A stretch of 64,000 nt of DNA from Zygnema circumcarinatum SAG 698-1b. Its lineage: Eukaryota > Plantae > Zygnematophyceae. The position numbers were made by a program, and so were the translations under genes. Location of the stretch: the NCBI GenBank assembly GCA_037447605.1, contig CM074813.1, positions 992,001 to 1,056,000 of the forward strand. The letters run 5' to 3'. Below are positions 12,315 to 24,658 of this stretch, in pieces (within the stretch, counting starts at the first letter, position 1; each line of letters starts with the position of its first letter). The notes beneath the pieces are model-generated. The model was not told the DNA's origin, made no database searches, and saw nothing but the letters and a program-made list of their open reading frames with translations.

Positions 12315-13332
12315 ATGGCCTGTACGAGGCAGGTGGACGACATGGAGCTCACGGTCCGCCGCTTGGTGGACACGCTCCAAATGGAGTTCCGGGGCCTTTT
12401 GGACAGGCTCCGGAGGATCGAAGAAGGTATGCCTCGAACCCCCCCTCAGGCTGTAGAGGCAGTGGATGCATCAACGTTTTGGAAGCAGCCGGCAGAAGTC
12501 CGGACCCCCTGGTTTTTCCATGGGGGGAAGTCACCCCCATGGGGGTGGCGAACCACCCAGCAGTGGGGGACCCCCGTCGGGGGCAGCTGCTGGCGGCGGA
12601 GGAGATCCCAGTCCTCGGACTGCTCCTCCGCAACCTACTGAGGATGCCCGACGGAATCGGGCCAAGGTGGCCCCTCTTTCCTTTTGGGGCGAACATCCTA
12701 CCACGGACTGCTCGATTGAGCAGTGGTTGGGTCAAACGAAGGGTTACCTTCTTGCGACCAACTGTCCCCCCCTCCAGTGGGTAAGCTTTGCTTACCCAGC
12801 ACTCAGAGGAGCCGCATACCGTGTGTATGAGGGCCTCTCTGATGAGATTGGGGACGATTGGGATAAGTTCAGAGATGAACTTATCAAGCACTTTGGGGCC
12901 TTGGATCCCGGCTTGGAGGCCCGGGATAAGTTTCAGAACATGGTCCAAACCGGCAGCGTCAAGCAGTTTCTGCGAGACCTGCGCCAAGTGGTGCCCCAAA
13001 TCACCACTCACAAGCCTGGACAGGCTGAGTTCTTTTTCCACTTCAGGAATGGCTTGAAGCCACACCTGAGGAAGCAGCTGCGAACTAACCCACGGACTCT
13101 GAAACCGTGGGACCCCGCTGACTCTGAGCTGTACTTTGATGCAGCCATTCAGTTGGACACCGCCCCTGCAGGCGATGCAGGCCCTTCCCGACCCCAGCAG
13201 AGGTCGGGCGACGTGACAGGGTCGTGGAAGGCGGGACCCTCAGCACCTGCCAAGATGGCAGGAAAGAATAAGCGGAAGCAGCCGGAAGTGGCTGCCCGCC
13301 CACCCACCGCACGTCGCAGGTTGGACTCGTGA
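12315..13332 (+). mobile_element. Ty3/Gypsy gag (one frameshift near the 5' end, decayed zinc knuckle after)
   Basis: Retrotransposon gag core: EQWLGQTKGYL..QWVSFAYPALRGAA..WDKFRDELIKHF..ARDKFQNMVQTGSVKQF..FFHFRNGLKPHLR. Followed by a frameshifted RRCRENKCF..GPDCP. Confidence 0.85.
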
Positions 13333-13944
13333 GGAAATGAGAAGATGCCGGGAGAACAAGTGTTTCGCTGTCGTTAAGAGTACAGGCCCGGATTGCCCTC
13401 TAACGCTAAGGGACGTAAAGGGCAAGGGGCCGGAAAATCTTTCAACCCACCGCCAGCTTTATAGGGGTCAGCCACGGTGGAGTAAAATGTGTTAGGATGG
13501 AGAGGATAGCTTGCCGCCAATGTTAAGGAACTTTTGTGGCTTAGGACCACGGACATTCTTAACTTGCTGGGCAGACCTTTGGGGGTGCACGATCTCGTTG
13601 TGTGTCATGCGCTTCCTGATTCCATGTCCCTTTCCCCTGCCACCGTGGTGACTCCCTCTAGGTTTATGGATGTAATGATGCGTGGCCAGTGGCATGTTTC
13701 AATTCTCAATGTTATGGGGGATGATGTCTTGATGAGATGTGCCATGGATGCCTTGCTTGTCTTGCGGGATACTTCCCACATCCTTGGGCTGCATGTGCTG
13801 GTTCCTCAGCACTTGGCAGTTCGCACTCTTCCCAACGTCAATCAAGGCGGTTGGTGAAACAAATTCGAGAAAAGGGTATAAGCTAGTGCAGACGATGTAG
13901 CGATCCAATTTCAGCTTGACCGGGTTGATCCCCTACACCTTGGT

Positions 13945-16231
13945 GTGGCATGCCCGCCCTCACCCCCTCGTGATATAGTGCGATCCATGTTCCATCTTGC
14001 CCATCGTGCAATGACCTTCACCGGGTCAGCCAATGGCCACCCCGCAGTGATACTGCTAGATACTGGGGCAGATGCTAACTTTGTTAGTTCTGCATTCACC
14101 CAGCGATTTGGGTTGACCACAGATCCCCATTCAGAAAGTGTTACTTTTGGGGATGGACGCAAGGGCCAGATCTCTGGTAGCGTCACACTCAAGATCAAGC
14201 TCCAATCCTACTCCGGGGCAGTGAAGTGCCTTCTGACACAACTGGCCACTGGAACGGATGTTATTTTAGGGAGTGCTTGGTTAACCATGGTCAAAGCCCA
14301 ATTGGACTTTTCCATCCCACACTGTATTCTGCACAGTGGGGATAGGCGCATCACACTGCACCCTGGCAAAACCACACCCACTGCGATCGCGCAGGTTGAT
14401 AATCCTTATCTCTGCTCGGCTATGCAATTGGCCAAAGCAGTTAAGGAGGGTTGCACCTTGTTCATGGTGCATGTCATGGCAGCCACTGAGGATGTTCATG
14501 ACGAAGATCAAGAATGGCAGATCACATCTACGGATGTGCTCTCGGCTGTTCCGTCTCAGATCCAACCTCTGTTGGATGAGTTCAGGGATGTCTTCCCTGA
14601 CGACCTTCCAAGAGGGTTGCCACCATCGAGAGGGGTGGGGCACACAATTCCTCTTGAGCCTGAGCAAAAGCCGCCTTGGCGGCCGATCTATCGGTTAAGT
14701 CCGAAAGAAACCGAGGAAATGCGAAAACAGTTGGCAACCTTACGTGACAAGGGCTGGATAGAACCCAGTCAGAGCCCCTTTGGGGCGCCCATCTTGTTCG
14801 TTGGGAAGAAAGATGGTTCGTTGAGGATGTGCATTGATTATCGCGCACTCAACAAGATCACTGTAAAGAATCGATTTGCTTTACCACGTATCGACGATCT
14901 GTTGGATCGTCTTCACGGCGCCAAAGTGTTCACATCACTTGATCTTGCTCAGGGGTATCATCAGATCCGCGTCACGGAAGCTGATGTGCCAAAAACTGCG
15001 TTCCGGACGCCGATTGGTCATTTCCAATATAAGGTGTTGCCCTTTGGATTGACTAATGCTCCGGCGACCTTCCAGGCTGTGATGAACGAACTGTTCATCG
15101 GCATGGACGAGTTTGTTTTGGTTTACCTCGATGATATCCTTGTCTTCAGTAAGACAGACGAGGAACATCTTGAACACGTTCGGAAAGTGTTTGAGACCCT
15201 GAGGAAACACCAATTTTATGCCAAGAGGAAGAAGTGTCACTTCATGCAACGTGAATTGCTTTATCTTGGGCATATTCTCAATGATCAGGGCCTTCGGCCT
15301 GACCCTACCAAAGTTTCAGCGGTAGAAACTTGGGCGCCACCGACTGACTTGCATCAGTTGAGGTCTTTTCTGGGCTTTGCGAATTATTTTCGTAAGTTCA
15401 TCCAAGGGTTTAGTAAACTGGTTACCCCCTTGACTAATTTGATACGTTCCGGTGTCCCCTTTTCATGGACCCCTGAATGCCAGGATGCATTCGAAGGTGT
15501 GCGCCATGCCCTTGTTACCGCACCCACTCTCCGTTTAGCGGACCCGTCCAAGCCTTATGAAGTGGTTTGTGATGCTTCGGGATTCGCCTTGGGTGCCGTC
15601 TTGTTTCAAGATGGCCAACCTTTGGCGTATGAAAGCCGCAAAATGAATCCCGCTGAGCGCAACTATTCTGCAACAGAACAGGAACTGCTTGCAGTGGTCC
15701 ACGCCCTGAGGACATGGCGGTGCTATTTAGAGGGGGCGAAAGCGGTCACGCTGGTCACTGACCACCGCCCGCTGACGTTCCTCTCAACCCAACAGACCCT
15801 GTCTAGGCGGCAGGCACGCTGGTCTGAGTTCCTCCAAAGGTTTGACTGCCAGTGGGTTTATCGGCCCGGAAGGCTGAATGTAGCAGACCCACTGAGTAGG
15901 CAGCCTCGGCATCTTGCCTGGATGGTGCGCTCGTCGACTCGAGTGTTGGTGGAACGAGATGACAGAGGTGAGGGGCCGGCCAACCCCGAGTCTCCGTCTC
16001 CAGTATGCTTTGTCATAGATCCCTCCACCAGTGACGCAGTCAACCCTCCTGCTCTCTCTGATCTCAGACAGATGATTCAGGAGGGGTATACTGGTGATCC
16101 TTTGTTCCTGGATGGCCAAGGAAATGGCTATAAGGACAAAGTGGTGTCTAAGGACGGATTCTGGTACCACGGCCAGCAGTTGGTCGTGCCCAAGGCCGGG
16201 ACTGTACGGCAGCTCATTCTGGGTGAGCTAC
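13945..16231 (+). mobile_element. Ty3/Gypsy pol: protease, RT, RNase H and start of integrase, cut by the Copia insertion
   Basis: Uninterrupted ORF of about 760 aa with LLDTGA, SQSPFGAPILFVGKKDGSLRMCIDYRALN, VYLDDILVFS, CDASGFALGAVL, TDHRPL, YRPGRLNVADPLSR. Ends at QLILGEL. Confidence 0.95.
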
Positions 16232-17274
16232 TGTTAGTGTAAAGTAGTTAAGGACTTGTTGTACACTAAGTTGTTGGTACTAAGTTCTAAGGAGGGGTGT
16301 GCTCAAAAGTGTCCACATTGTACGGAGGGGCGTCTAGGCGACCGTACAAGTCTTTAAGGGGTGTGCGTATAGCACGCGAGTCTGATTTGGCAAGGCAAGG
16401 CATCAGAATGTCGGTGGAGCCAATCAGTGGTACGATTTGTAAGGCCAGGACCTCGAATGTACGGACATTGGTCGGTGGCGCGGCGCGGCGTGGCGGAGTC
16501 AGATGTGACGTGGCGCGACGCGACAAATCGAGAAGTGACGCGGCGCGAATCAGCGCGCGGAGCAGAACTGACAAGGTACGGAGTCAGCAATGTCTCATTT
16601 GGAGGACAGTGGCGAATCGGAAGGCGCCACGTGTCGGGATAAAGGGCAGGCCTGTACGGCCTAGGTCGGTGGCGCTCGTAGGCTTACGGGGTCCCACATG
16701 ACGCCAAGTAATGAGGAGTCAGATCCTACGGTGGAGGACTCGGATGGAGATAAGGCTGAGGCGGATCTGACGGCATTGATGTGCTGGATCCGTGCAAGCT
16801 GAGGAGGATCCGACGGCGCGAGATTAGGATCGGGATAAGGGTCTTGCAAGGCGTAGCATGTGCGGCAATGACGTGACAATGTCACTATTGGCGCCATATT
16901 GTATTTAAGGGTTAGATTGTATGGTAGAAGTTAACCTTCTCGTGACTCACATTGGGGAGTGAGGCTGTCTTGCTTAGGGCCAAGAAGATAGTGGGAAGAG
17001 TTCAGCTTGTAGTGGGTGGTTTATTCACGTAGCTTGAGTAGAGGTGCTTGAAGCTTGGCTCTAGTGTTGTCAAGTTGTATTTCATCTTTATCTTAAGGAG
17101 TTTTAGGCTGGTGGCTTTCTCCTTACATTTTCATATTATTTCCGGCTTGAAAGTTGTTCTCTCTTGCATTTAGTGTGTGCTTTGTGTGATTGAGCACCAT
17201 TGAAGATGTCGAAGCCCTACCCAAGGTAGATGGGAGAAGTGGCAGCCCCACCAAGGGAGGGCGCTGCAACAACA
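16232..17274 (+). mobile_element. Copia LTR 1 (about 1043 bp, TG...CA)
   Basis: Starts TGTTAGTGTAAAG and ends GCAACAACA. Followed by the PBS TGGTATCAGAGCC (17277-17289, tRNA-Met type). Repeated at 19191 and 22123. Confidence 0.92.
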
Positions 17275-17276
17275 AG

Positions 17277-19190
17277 TGGTATCAGAGCCGAAGGCGAAGA
17301 AGACGTGAAGTTTACCATTCCAACTTTCGATGGGAAGAACTACAAGCGGTGGAAGTTTCGCATGCTCACAGTGCTGGAGAACAAGCGGCTGTTGGGGTAT
17401 GTGAATGGCTCCATTGTGGCCCCCGATTCTGAGATTAATCCACTTGAGTTTGAGAAGTGGAGGGTTAAGGATTGCAAGGTTAGGACCCTGCTTTGTGCTG
17501 GCGTTAGTGAGGAACCTACAGACCTGATTTCAGAGTTAAAGACAGCTCGGGAGATGTGGGATACTCTAGAGAAGATTTATGATGTGGTAGATAATGCCAC
17601 TGTAGTTTATCTCTACACGGAGCTTGGAAAACTCAGTTTGGATTCAGGGGAGGAGCTGAAAGACTATGTGATCAAGTTTGATAATCTGATGCAAAAGTTT
17701 GATGGGATGAAGCAGCCCCTTCACTTGGATCACAAGATTAGTCTATTCCTAGGAGGCTTGCCGGACAGATTTGACCCTGCTTGCACTGCCCTACGCACTC
17801 AGCTTTCTACAGCAAAGATGACCTTTGAGCAGGTCAAGAGGAGAGTGGTAGAGGGCGGGATGGCCTTCGTGACAAGCAGCGCTATGTGCCTGGGTTCGAG
17901 AAGTCAGATGTCGCAAATCACCATACAGAACGGGTAAGGGATCAAACAAGTGCCAAAGATGGTGGAGAGCTGAAGACTCAGAGGACTTGCTACTCTTGTG
18001 GGAAGACCGGTCACTTCAAGAGGAACTGCCCCAACGTTCAGAATGGCGGTTCATCCTCGAATGCAGATGCTCCAAACGAGCAAGAAGGGAGGAGGGGTGA
18101 TGGCAGGTATCCCAGAGATGAGCGCAAGAGGATTCACGAGACGAACTTGATGTTCTCAGATTGGGAACCTAATGATGAGTTTGTCGGATGTCTTAGAGTT
18201 AAAAATTCAGCTAAACCTTGGGTGTGATTGATTCCGTGCTTCAAGGCACATGTGCGGGATCTACCTCACTCTTTAAGAAGGAGGTCTGAGGGAACCCACG
18301 GGTTCACTCAGCAAATCGGAGAAGGAGTCTCGTGACTTGGGGCGAACAGTCAAGCGAAGTAAGTGCTCGGGGAGGGAAGCACGCAGAGGGTTGTCCATAT
18401 TGGTAACGTACTGCATACTCCCGGACGGCAGATTAATTTCCTCTCTGTTAGTCAGCTGTGTGAAGAGGACTATGGAGTATGGTTTGGAGAAGGGTGGTTG
18501 TGAGGTCATTCACAAGGAGACAGGGCAAGTCTTGTGCAAGGGAATCCAAAGAAGGTGGGCTTTACTTCTAGAGTGGAAGGAGGCTCAAGGGCTGAGCTTA
18601 TCCCGGGCCAAGGACCCCGTGGAGGAACCCATCCACTATAAGATAGATCCGCACTCAGCTTGAGGAGGAAAGGGGATGCTAGAGCAAGCATTGAGGCTCA
18701 GTGGGAGCAGGGGATTATTTCGCCAATCCACATTTCGTATAGCCAGGCTAAGGGGTTTGAAAAGCACCCCATCACTGAAAGGGTGCATTAATAGTGGTGG
18801 GTGGTGAATGTGTGCTAAATTCCAGCATCACTAGAGTTAGTGAGTCTAAGGAGGCCGGAAACACGGGCTTGTTGCATCCAAACAAGGATGGAGTTGAAGT
18901 GGAGGGGTCCTTTCAACCCAGGGTAGTGGAGCAGCCCGAGTACAAGGTTGCAACTACGAAGGAATACCCGGTTGCTGGACCTATAAGGAGTTCAGCGGAA
19001 GCGCCCAGGATCGAGTGTGGAAGGCAACCAAGAGGAGATCAAGAGGGGGACGATTCTCTCCTAGGCCTTTGGATCAAGAGGGGGCAGCTTGTTAGGACAA
19101 GGGAGCATTCATTTGGTTGTGGGACACTAGAGAATAGTAGTGGTCTCATGGAACTAGGACCCATGGAGAACTAAGTACCAAGAGGGGGAT
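17277..19190 (+). mobile_element. Copia internal region 1: gag, zinc knuckle, protease and unknown C-terminal part; no IN/RT/RNase H
   Basis: IPTFDGKNYKRWKFRM..KTAREMWDTLEKIY..LFLGGLPDRFD, CYSCGKTGHFKRNCP, frameshifted WV(I)DS(G)ASRHMC. Only 1.9 kb lies between the PBS and the PPT AAGAGGGGGA (19180-19189). Confidence 0.88.
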
Positions 19191-20242
19191 TGTTAGTGTA
19201 AAGTAGTTAAGGACTTGTTGTACACTAAGTTGTTGGTACTAAGTTCTAAAGAGGGGTGTGCTCAAAGTGTCCACATTGTACCTAGGTAAGTGCCCAGGCG
19301 ACCGCATGTCTTATGGGTGTATGTGATAGCACGCAGTCTGATTTAAGCAAGCAAGGTACCGTAATGCACCGTGGAGCCAATCAGTGGTACGGGATTTCAG
19401 GGCGCTGACCTCAATGTAATGACATTGTCAGGAGCCGGGCGCCGGGCGCGGGCGGAGTCAGGATGTGACGTGGCGCGACGCCGACAAATCGAAGTGACGC
19501 TGCGCGAATCAGCGCCAGCGGGAGCAGAAACTGACAAGGTAAATGGAGTCGCCAATGTTCCTCATTTGGAGGACAGCGGGCTAATCGGAAGGCCACGCGG
19601 TCGGGTTAGCGGAAGGCCTGTAATGGGCCTAGGTCGGTGGCGCTCGTAGGTTTACGGGTCCCACATGACGCCAAGTAATGAGGAGTCAGATCTCGCACGG
19701 GGAGGACTCGGATGAGGATGGGCCGCAGGCGGATCCGACGCAAGATTGATGTGTTGGATCCGCGTAAAGCTGAGGAGGATCCGGACGCATGCTGAGATGA
19801 AAGATCGGGATAAGGGTCTTGCAAGGCGTAGCATGTGCGGCCGGACGTGACAATGTCACTATTGGCGCCATATTGTATTTTAGGGTTAGATTGTTTGGTA
19901 GAAGTTTACCTTCTCGTGACTCACATCAGGGTGAGGCTATCTTGCTTAGGGCCTAGGAGATAGTGGGAAGAGTTCAGCTTGTAGTGTGGGTGGTTTATTC
20001 ACGAAGCTTGAGAAGAGGTGTTTGAAGCTTAGCTCTAGTTGTTGTCAAGTTGTATTTCATCTTTATCTTAAGGAGTTTTAGGCTGGTGGCTTTCCTTACA
20101 TTTTCTCATATTTCCGCTGAGTTGTTCTCTCTTTGCATTTAGTGTGCTTTGTGTGATTGAGCAATTCATTGAAGATGTCGCAGTTCTACCCAAGGTGTAG
20201 GGAGAAGTGGCGTACCACCAAGGAGTGGGCGCCGCAACAACA
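19191..20242 (+). mobile_element. Copia LTR 2 (shared central LTR)
   Basis: Near copy of LTR 1, preceded by a PPT and followed by a degenerate PBS TGGTAATGAGCC. Confidence 0.9.
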
Positions 20243-22122
20243 AGTGGTAATGAGCCGGGCTTAAGAAGACGGAAGTTTACCATTCCAACTTTCATGGGAA
20301 GAACTACATAAGCGGTGGAAGTTTCTGCATGCTCACGCTGGCCGAGAACAAGCTGTCAGTTAGTATGTGAATGGCTCCATTGTGGCCCCCGATTCTGGAG
20401 ATTAACTAATTTGAGTTTGAGAAGTGGAGGGTTAAGGATTGCAAGGTTAGGACCCCGCTTGTGCTGGCGTTAGTGAGAACCTAATGCACTGAGCTTCAGA
20501 GTTAAAGACAGCCGGATGGGATAATGAGAAGATTTATGATGTGGTAGATAATGCCATCAATAGTTTATCTCTACACGGAGCTTGAAAACTCCGCTTTGAT
20601 TCAGGGAGGAGTCAAAAGATTATGTGATCAAGTTTGATAACTGATGCAAGTTTGATGGATGAAGCGTTCTTCTACTTGGATCACAAGATTAGTCTATTCC
20701 TTGGAGGCTTGCCGGACAGATTTGACCCTGCTTGCACTGCTCTACGAACTCAGCTTTCCACGACTAAGATGACCTTTGAGCAGGTCAAGAGGAGAGTGGT
20801 AGAGGAGGATGGTCTTCATGATAAGAAGCAGTACAGGTCAAGTTCAGAGAAGCTGTATGCTGCAACAACGCGCCCATATAGGAACGGCAAGGGACCAAAC
20901 GCAATTAAAGATGGTGGAGAGTCAAGACTCGTGAGGACGTGCTACTCTTAGGGAAGACCGTCACTTCAAGAGTGAACTCGCCTAATGTTCGTAATGGCGG
21001 TTCATCCTCAATGCATGTCTAAACCCAGCAAGAAGGAGGGAGGGGTGATGGGTGTATCCCAGATGAACGCAAGAGGATTCCACGAGGACGAACTTGATGT
21101 TCTCGGATTGGGAACCTAATGATGAGTTTGTCTGATGTTTTAGAGTTAAAAATTCAGCTATACCTTGGGTGATTGATTCCGGTGCTTCAAGGCACATGTG
21201 CGTGGACGACTCACTCTTTGCAGAGAAGGAGACTTGGAGGAACCCGGCCGTCTACTCAAAGAACTGGAGAAGGAGTTCCCTTTGACTTAAGGCTGAATCA
21301 GCCAAGTTGAAGGTGCTCGAGGGAAGCACGCAGGGTTGTCCATGTTGGTAACGCATCGCATACCCCTGACTACAGACACTTCCTCTCTCGTTAGTCACCG
21401 TGTGAGAAGGGATATGGAGTATGGTTTGAGAAGGGTAGTTGTGAGGTCATTCACAAGGAGACAGGGCCAGTCTTGTGCAAGGTAATCCAGCAAGGTGGGC
21501 TTTACTTTCTAGAAAGGAAGGAGGCTCAAGGGCTGAGCTATCCCGCCAAGGACCCTGTGGAGGAACCCATTCACCATAAGATAGATCCAGACCAGCTTGG
21601 AGGAGGAAAGGGGATGCTAGAGCAAGCATTGAGGCTCAGGGGAGCAGGGGATTATTTCGCCAACGACATTTCAGATAGCCAGGCTAAGGGGGTTGAAAGA
21701 CCCATCACCGAAAGGGTGGACATTAGTGGTGGTGAGAATGTGTGCTGCACCTGTGATCACTCGTAGTTAGTGAGCTCCAGGGAGGCCGGAAACACGGGCT
21801 TGTTGCATCCAAACAAGGATGGAGTTGAAGTGGAGGGGTCCTTTCAACCCAGGGTAGTGGAGCAGCCCGAGTACAAGGTTGCAACTACAAAGGAATACCC
21901 GGTTGCTGGACCTATAAGGAGTTCAGCGGAAGCGCCCAGGATCAAGTGTGAAAGGCAACCAAGAGGAGATCAAGAGGGGGAAGATTCTCTCCTAGGCCTT
22001 TGGATCAAGAGGGGGCAGCTTGTTAGGACAAGGGAGCATTCATTTGGTTGTGGGACACTAGAGAATAGTAGTGGTCTCATGGAACTAGGACCCATGGAGA
22101 ACTAAGTACCAAGAGGGGTATT
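20243..22122 (+). mobile_element. Copia internal region 2 (indel-rich copy of region 1)
   Basis: Same gag/protease sequence (LDHKISLFLGGLPDRFDPACTALRTQLS) and a nearly identical 3' ORF ending ELGPMEN*, then a PPT. Confidence 0.87.
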
Positions 22123-23152
22123 TGTTAGTAAAGCAGTTGGCGACTTGTTGTACACTCCGTTGTTGCGCTCAAGTTCTAAGGAGGGGTGTGCTCAAGTGTC
22201 CACATTGTACGGAGGGGCGTCTAGGCTTAATCGGGCAGATAAGTCTTTTGGCGGGTAGCGTGATAGCACGCGAAGTCCGGATTTTGGCAAGGCAAGGCAT
22301 CAATGTCGGTGGAGCTAACCGCGTACGATGAAGGCTGTGGACCTCAATGTACGGACATTGGTCGGTGATGTGGGCGCTGGGCGCGGGCGGAGTCGATGTG
22401 ACGCGGGCGACGCGACAAATCGAGAAGTGACGCTGGCGCTAATCGGGCCACATGGAGTGTAACTCGGCTGGGCGTACGGAGTCAAGAATGTTCATTTGGA
22501 GGACGCGCGGCGACCGGAAGGCCACGGCCGGTTAGCGGGAAGGCCCAGACGGGCTCAGGTCGGTGGCGCTCGTAGGCTTGGCCGGGGTCCCACATGACGC
22601 CAAGTAATGAGGAGTCGATCTCTACGGTGGAGGACTCGGATGGAGATAAGGCCGAGGCGGATCTCGACGCAAGATTTATGTGGCCGGATCCGCGGGTAAG
22701 CCGAGGGGAGGATCCCACGCGAGATTAGATCGATATGGTCTGCAAGCATGAAAGCATGTGCGTCAGCACGACAATGTCACTATTGGCGCCATATTGTATT
22801 TAAGGCTTAGATTGTTTGGTAAGTTAACCTTCTCGCACTCACATTGGGAGTGAGGCTATCTTGCTTAGGCCAAGGAGATAGCTAAAGAGTTCAGCCTTGT
22901 AGTGGGTAGTTTTATTCACGAAGCTTGAGAAGAGGTACTGAAGCCGGCCTCTAGTGTTGTCAAGTTGTATTTCATCTTTATCTTGGCGCGAGTTTCAGTC
23001 AGGGCTTTCTCCTTACATTTTCATATTTCCACGAAGTTGTTCTCTTGCATTTAGTGTGCTTTGTGTGATTGGAGCAATTCATTGAAGATGTCGAGTTTCA
23101 CCTAAGGAGGAGAAGCGGCACTTTAATTAAGGAGGGCTCCGCAATGGGGTCA
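22123..23152 (+). mobile_element. Copia LTR 3
   Basis: Noisy copy of LTR 1. Followed by GCTTTAC, which approximates the left TSD GCTAC (16227-16231), and then by resumed Gypsy integrase. Confidence 0.82.
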
Positions 23153-23159
23153 GCTTTAC

Positions 23160-24470
23160 ATGATCCTCCTGCATCGAGGTCACATGGAGTTGCTAAAACC
23201 CGTGGAGGTAATCGCCCGAGAGTTCTCGTGGCCTCGACTCGAGGGATGTGAAAATGTGATGTACCGCTTAACCAACTTGTCAACTAAACAAACCCCCAAG
23301 ATCGGGCAAAGACTCTCGTCACCAGATCCCTCACACCTCCTTTCTCGAAATGGGATAGTGTGGGTATGGACTTGATCACGTGATCTTCCCCGCAGACACC
23401 TCGGGCATGACTCCATCCCTGCCTTTGTCGATCGTCAAAGAAGATGGTGCATTTTGCACCAACTACTAAGGCAAATTTAGGGCCGACGCAGATTGCACGG
23501 TTGGCTGTTGACAAAGTGTGAGCCAAAGATGGTCTTCAATGTAAATTGTAGTTCCGATCAAGTGATCCACGATTCACCGCCATTTTGGACGGAAGTGCTC
23601 AAAATCGTCAGGGGACCAAGCAAAAGCGCTGAGTACAAATTTTCCACCCGGCAAAACCGATGGTGGTTTACCTGAACGGGTGAACACCAGGACTGAGGAT
23701 TACCCCGCGATATGTGGGACTCACCTCGATGGGTGGGACGAATCACCCCAAAGGGCGGAGTATGCCATCAATAATGCTTACCAGAGTCCATTGGTACCAC
23801 CCCTTCTTCTTGAACTTTACGCGATCCTAAATCCCCTCAGAACCAAGGGATCACCGATCCAGGAACATGGGCGCCCACGTAAAACCCCTCGATCCCAGCC
23901 GAGAGGGACCGATGGGGATCTAACCTCCCGCACGATCTTTGTCCGGACCACCGAGGTTTGTAGGCACGGGCAGACTCCCCCGCTAGCGCCCGGGCCGCGA
24001 CAAAAAGGCCTATGCCGACCGCCAATGACACCAACTCACCTTCAACGAAGGCGATGAGGTGTTGCTAAGTACGGCGAACTTGAGACTCAAAGCTTATGGC
24101 GGAACACGTAAGCTGTGGCCCCGCTTCATCGGACCTTTTAGGGTCGTGAAGCGAATCAATGATGTCGCTTACAGGTTGGATTTACCATCCCACATGAAGC
24201 TGCGCATCCGGCCCTTTCATGTGGGTTGCTAAAGGTCTACCAGAGCGCATGGGAGGATCCAAATTACCCTCCCCCACCAAGGAACTTGAAGGTGAACTGA
24301 GTATGAAGTTGAAACCATTCAAGCCCACCGTTCTGTGAGAAAGGGTCGATCTTCCGCCACGGTACCTCGCAGGAAGTGGTTGGCCATGGGGCTGAACATA
24401 GCACATGGGGAGTCGAAAACTTAACCAATTGCCGTGAGCTCATCAACTTGTATCGAGGCGCAGTCATAGA
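23160..24470 (+). mobile_element. Remainder of Gypsy pol: integrase and C-terminal chromodomain (many frameshifts)
   Basis: Rejoining across the Copia gives GELHDPP..GH.GVAKT. Further fragments: WDSVGMDLI, DGWDE..AEYAINNAYQS, KLWPRFIGPFRVVKRINDVAYRLDLP, and chromodomain EYEVETIQAHR..W..HG.EHSTW..NLTNC. Confidence 0.85.
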
Positions 24471-24658
24471 GAGCGTGGGCGAGGGCGCACGGGGTTCTCG
24501 GCCGCCCCCGCGAATCCCGAAGGGATCTTGACCGATTATCGTCGGTGCCCTCCCCGGTTATCACGTAGAGTTCGACGCGTGCCGTTGAAACTACGAGCTG
24601 CCTTTACTACCCCACACACGTGAACGAGGGCGTTCACATCCTCACAGGGGGGGAGTAA

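Noticed and set aside
12349-13065. 238-aa antisense ORF over Gypsy gag
   Set aside because: Best explained as the shadow frame of GC-rich gag; no independent motif.
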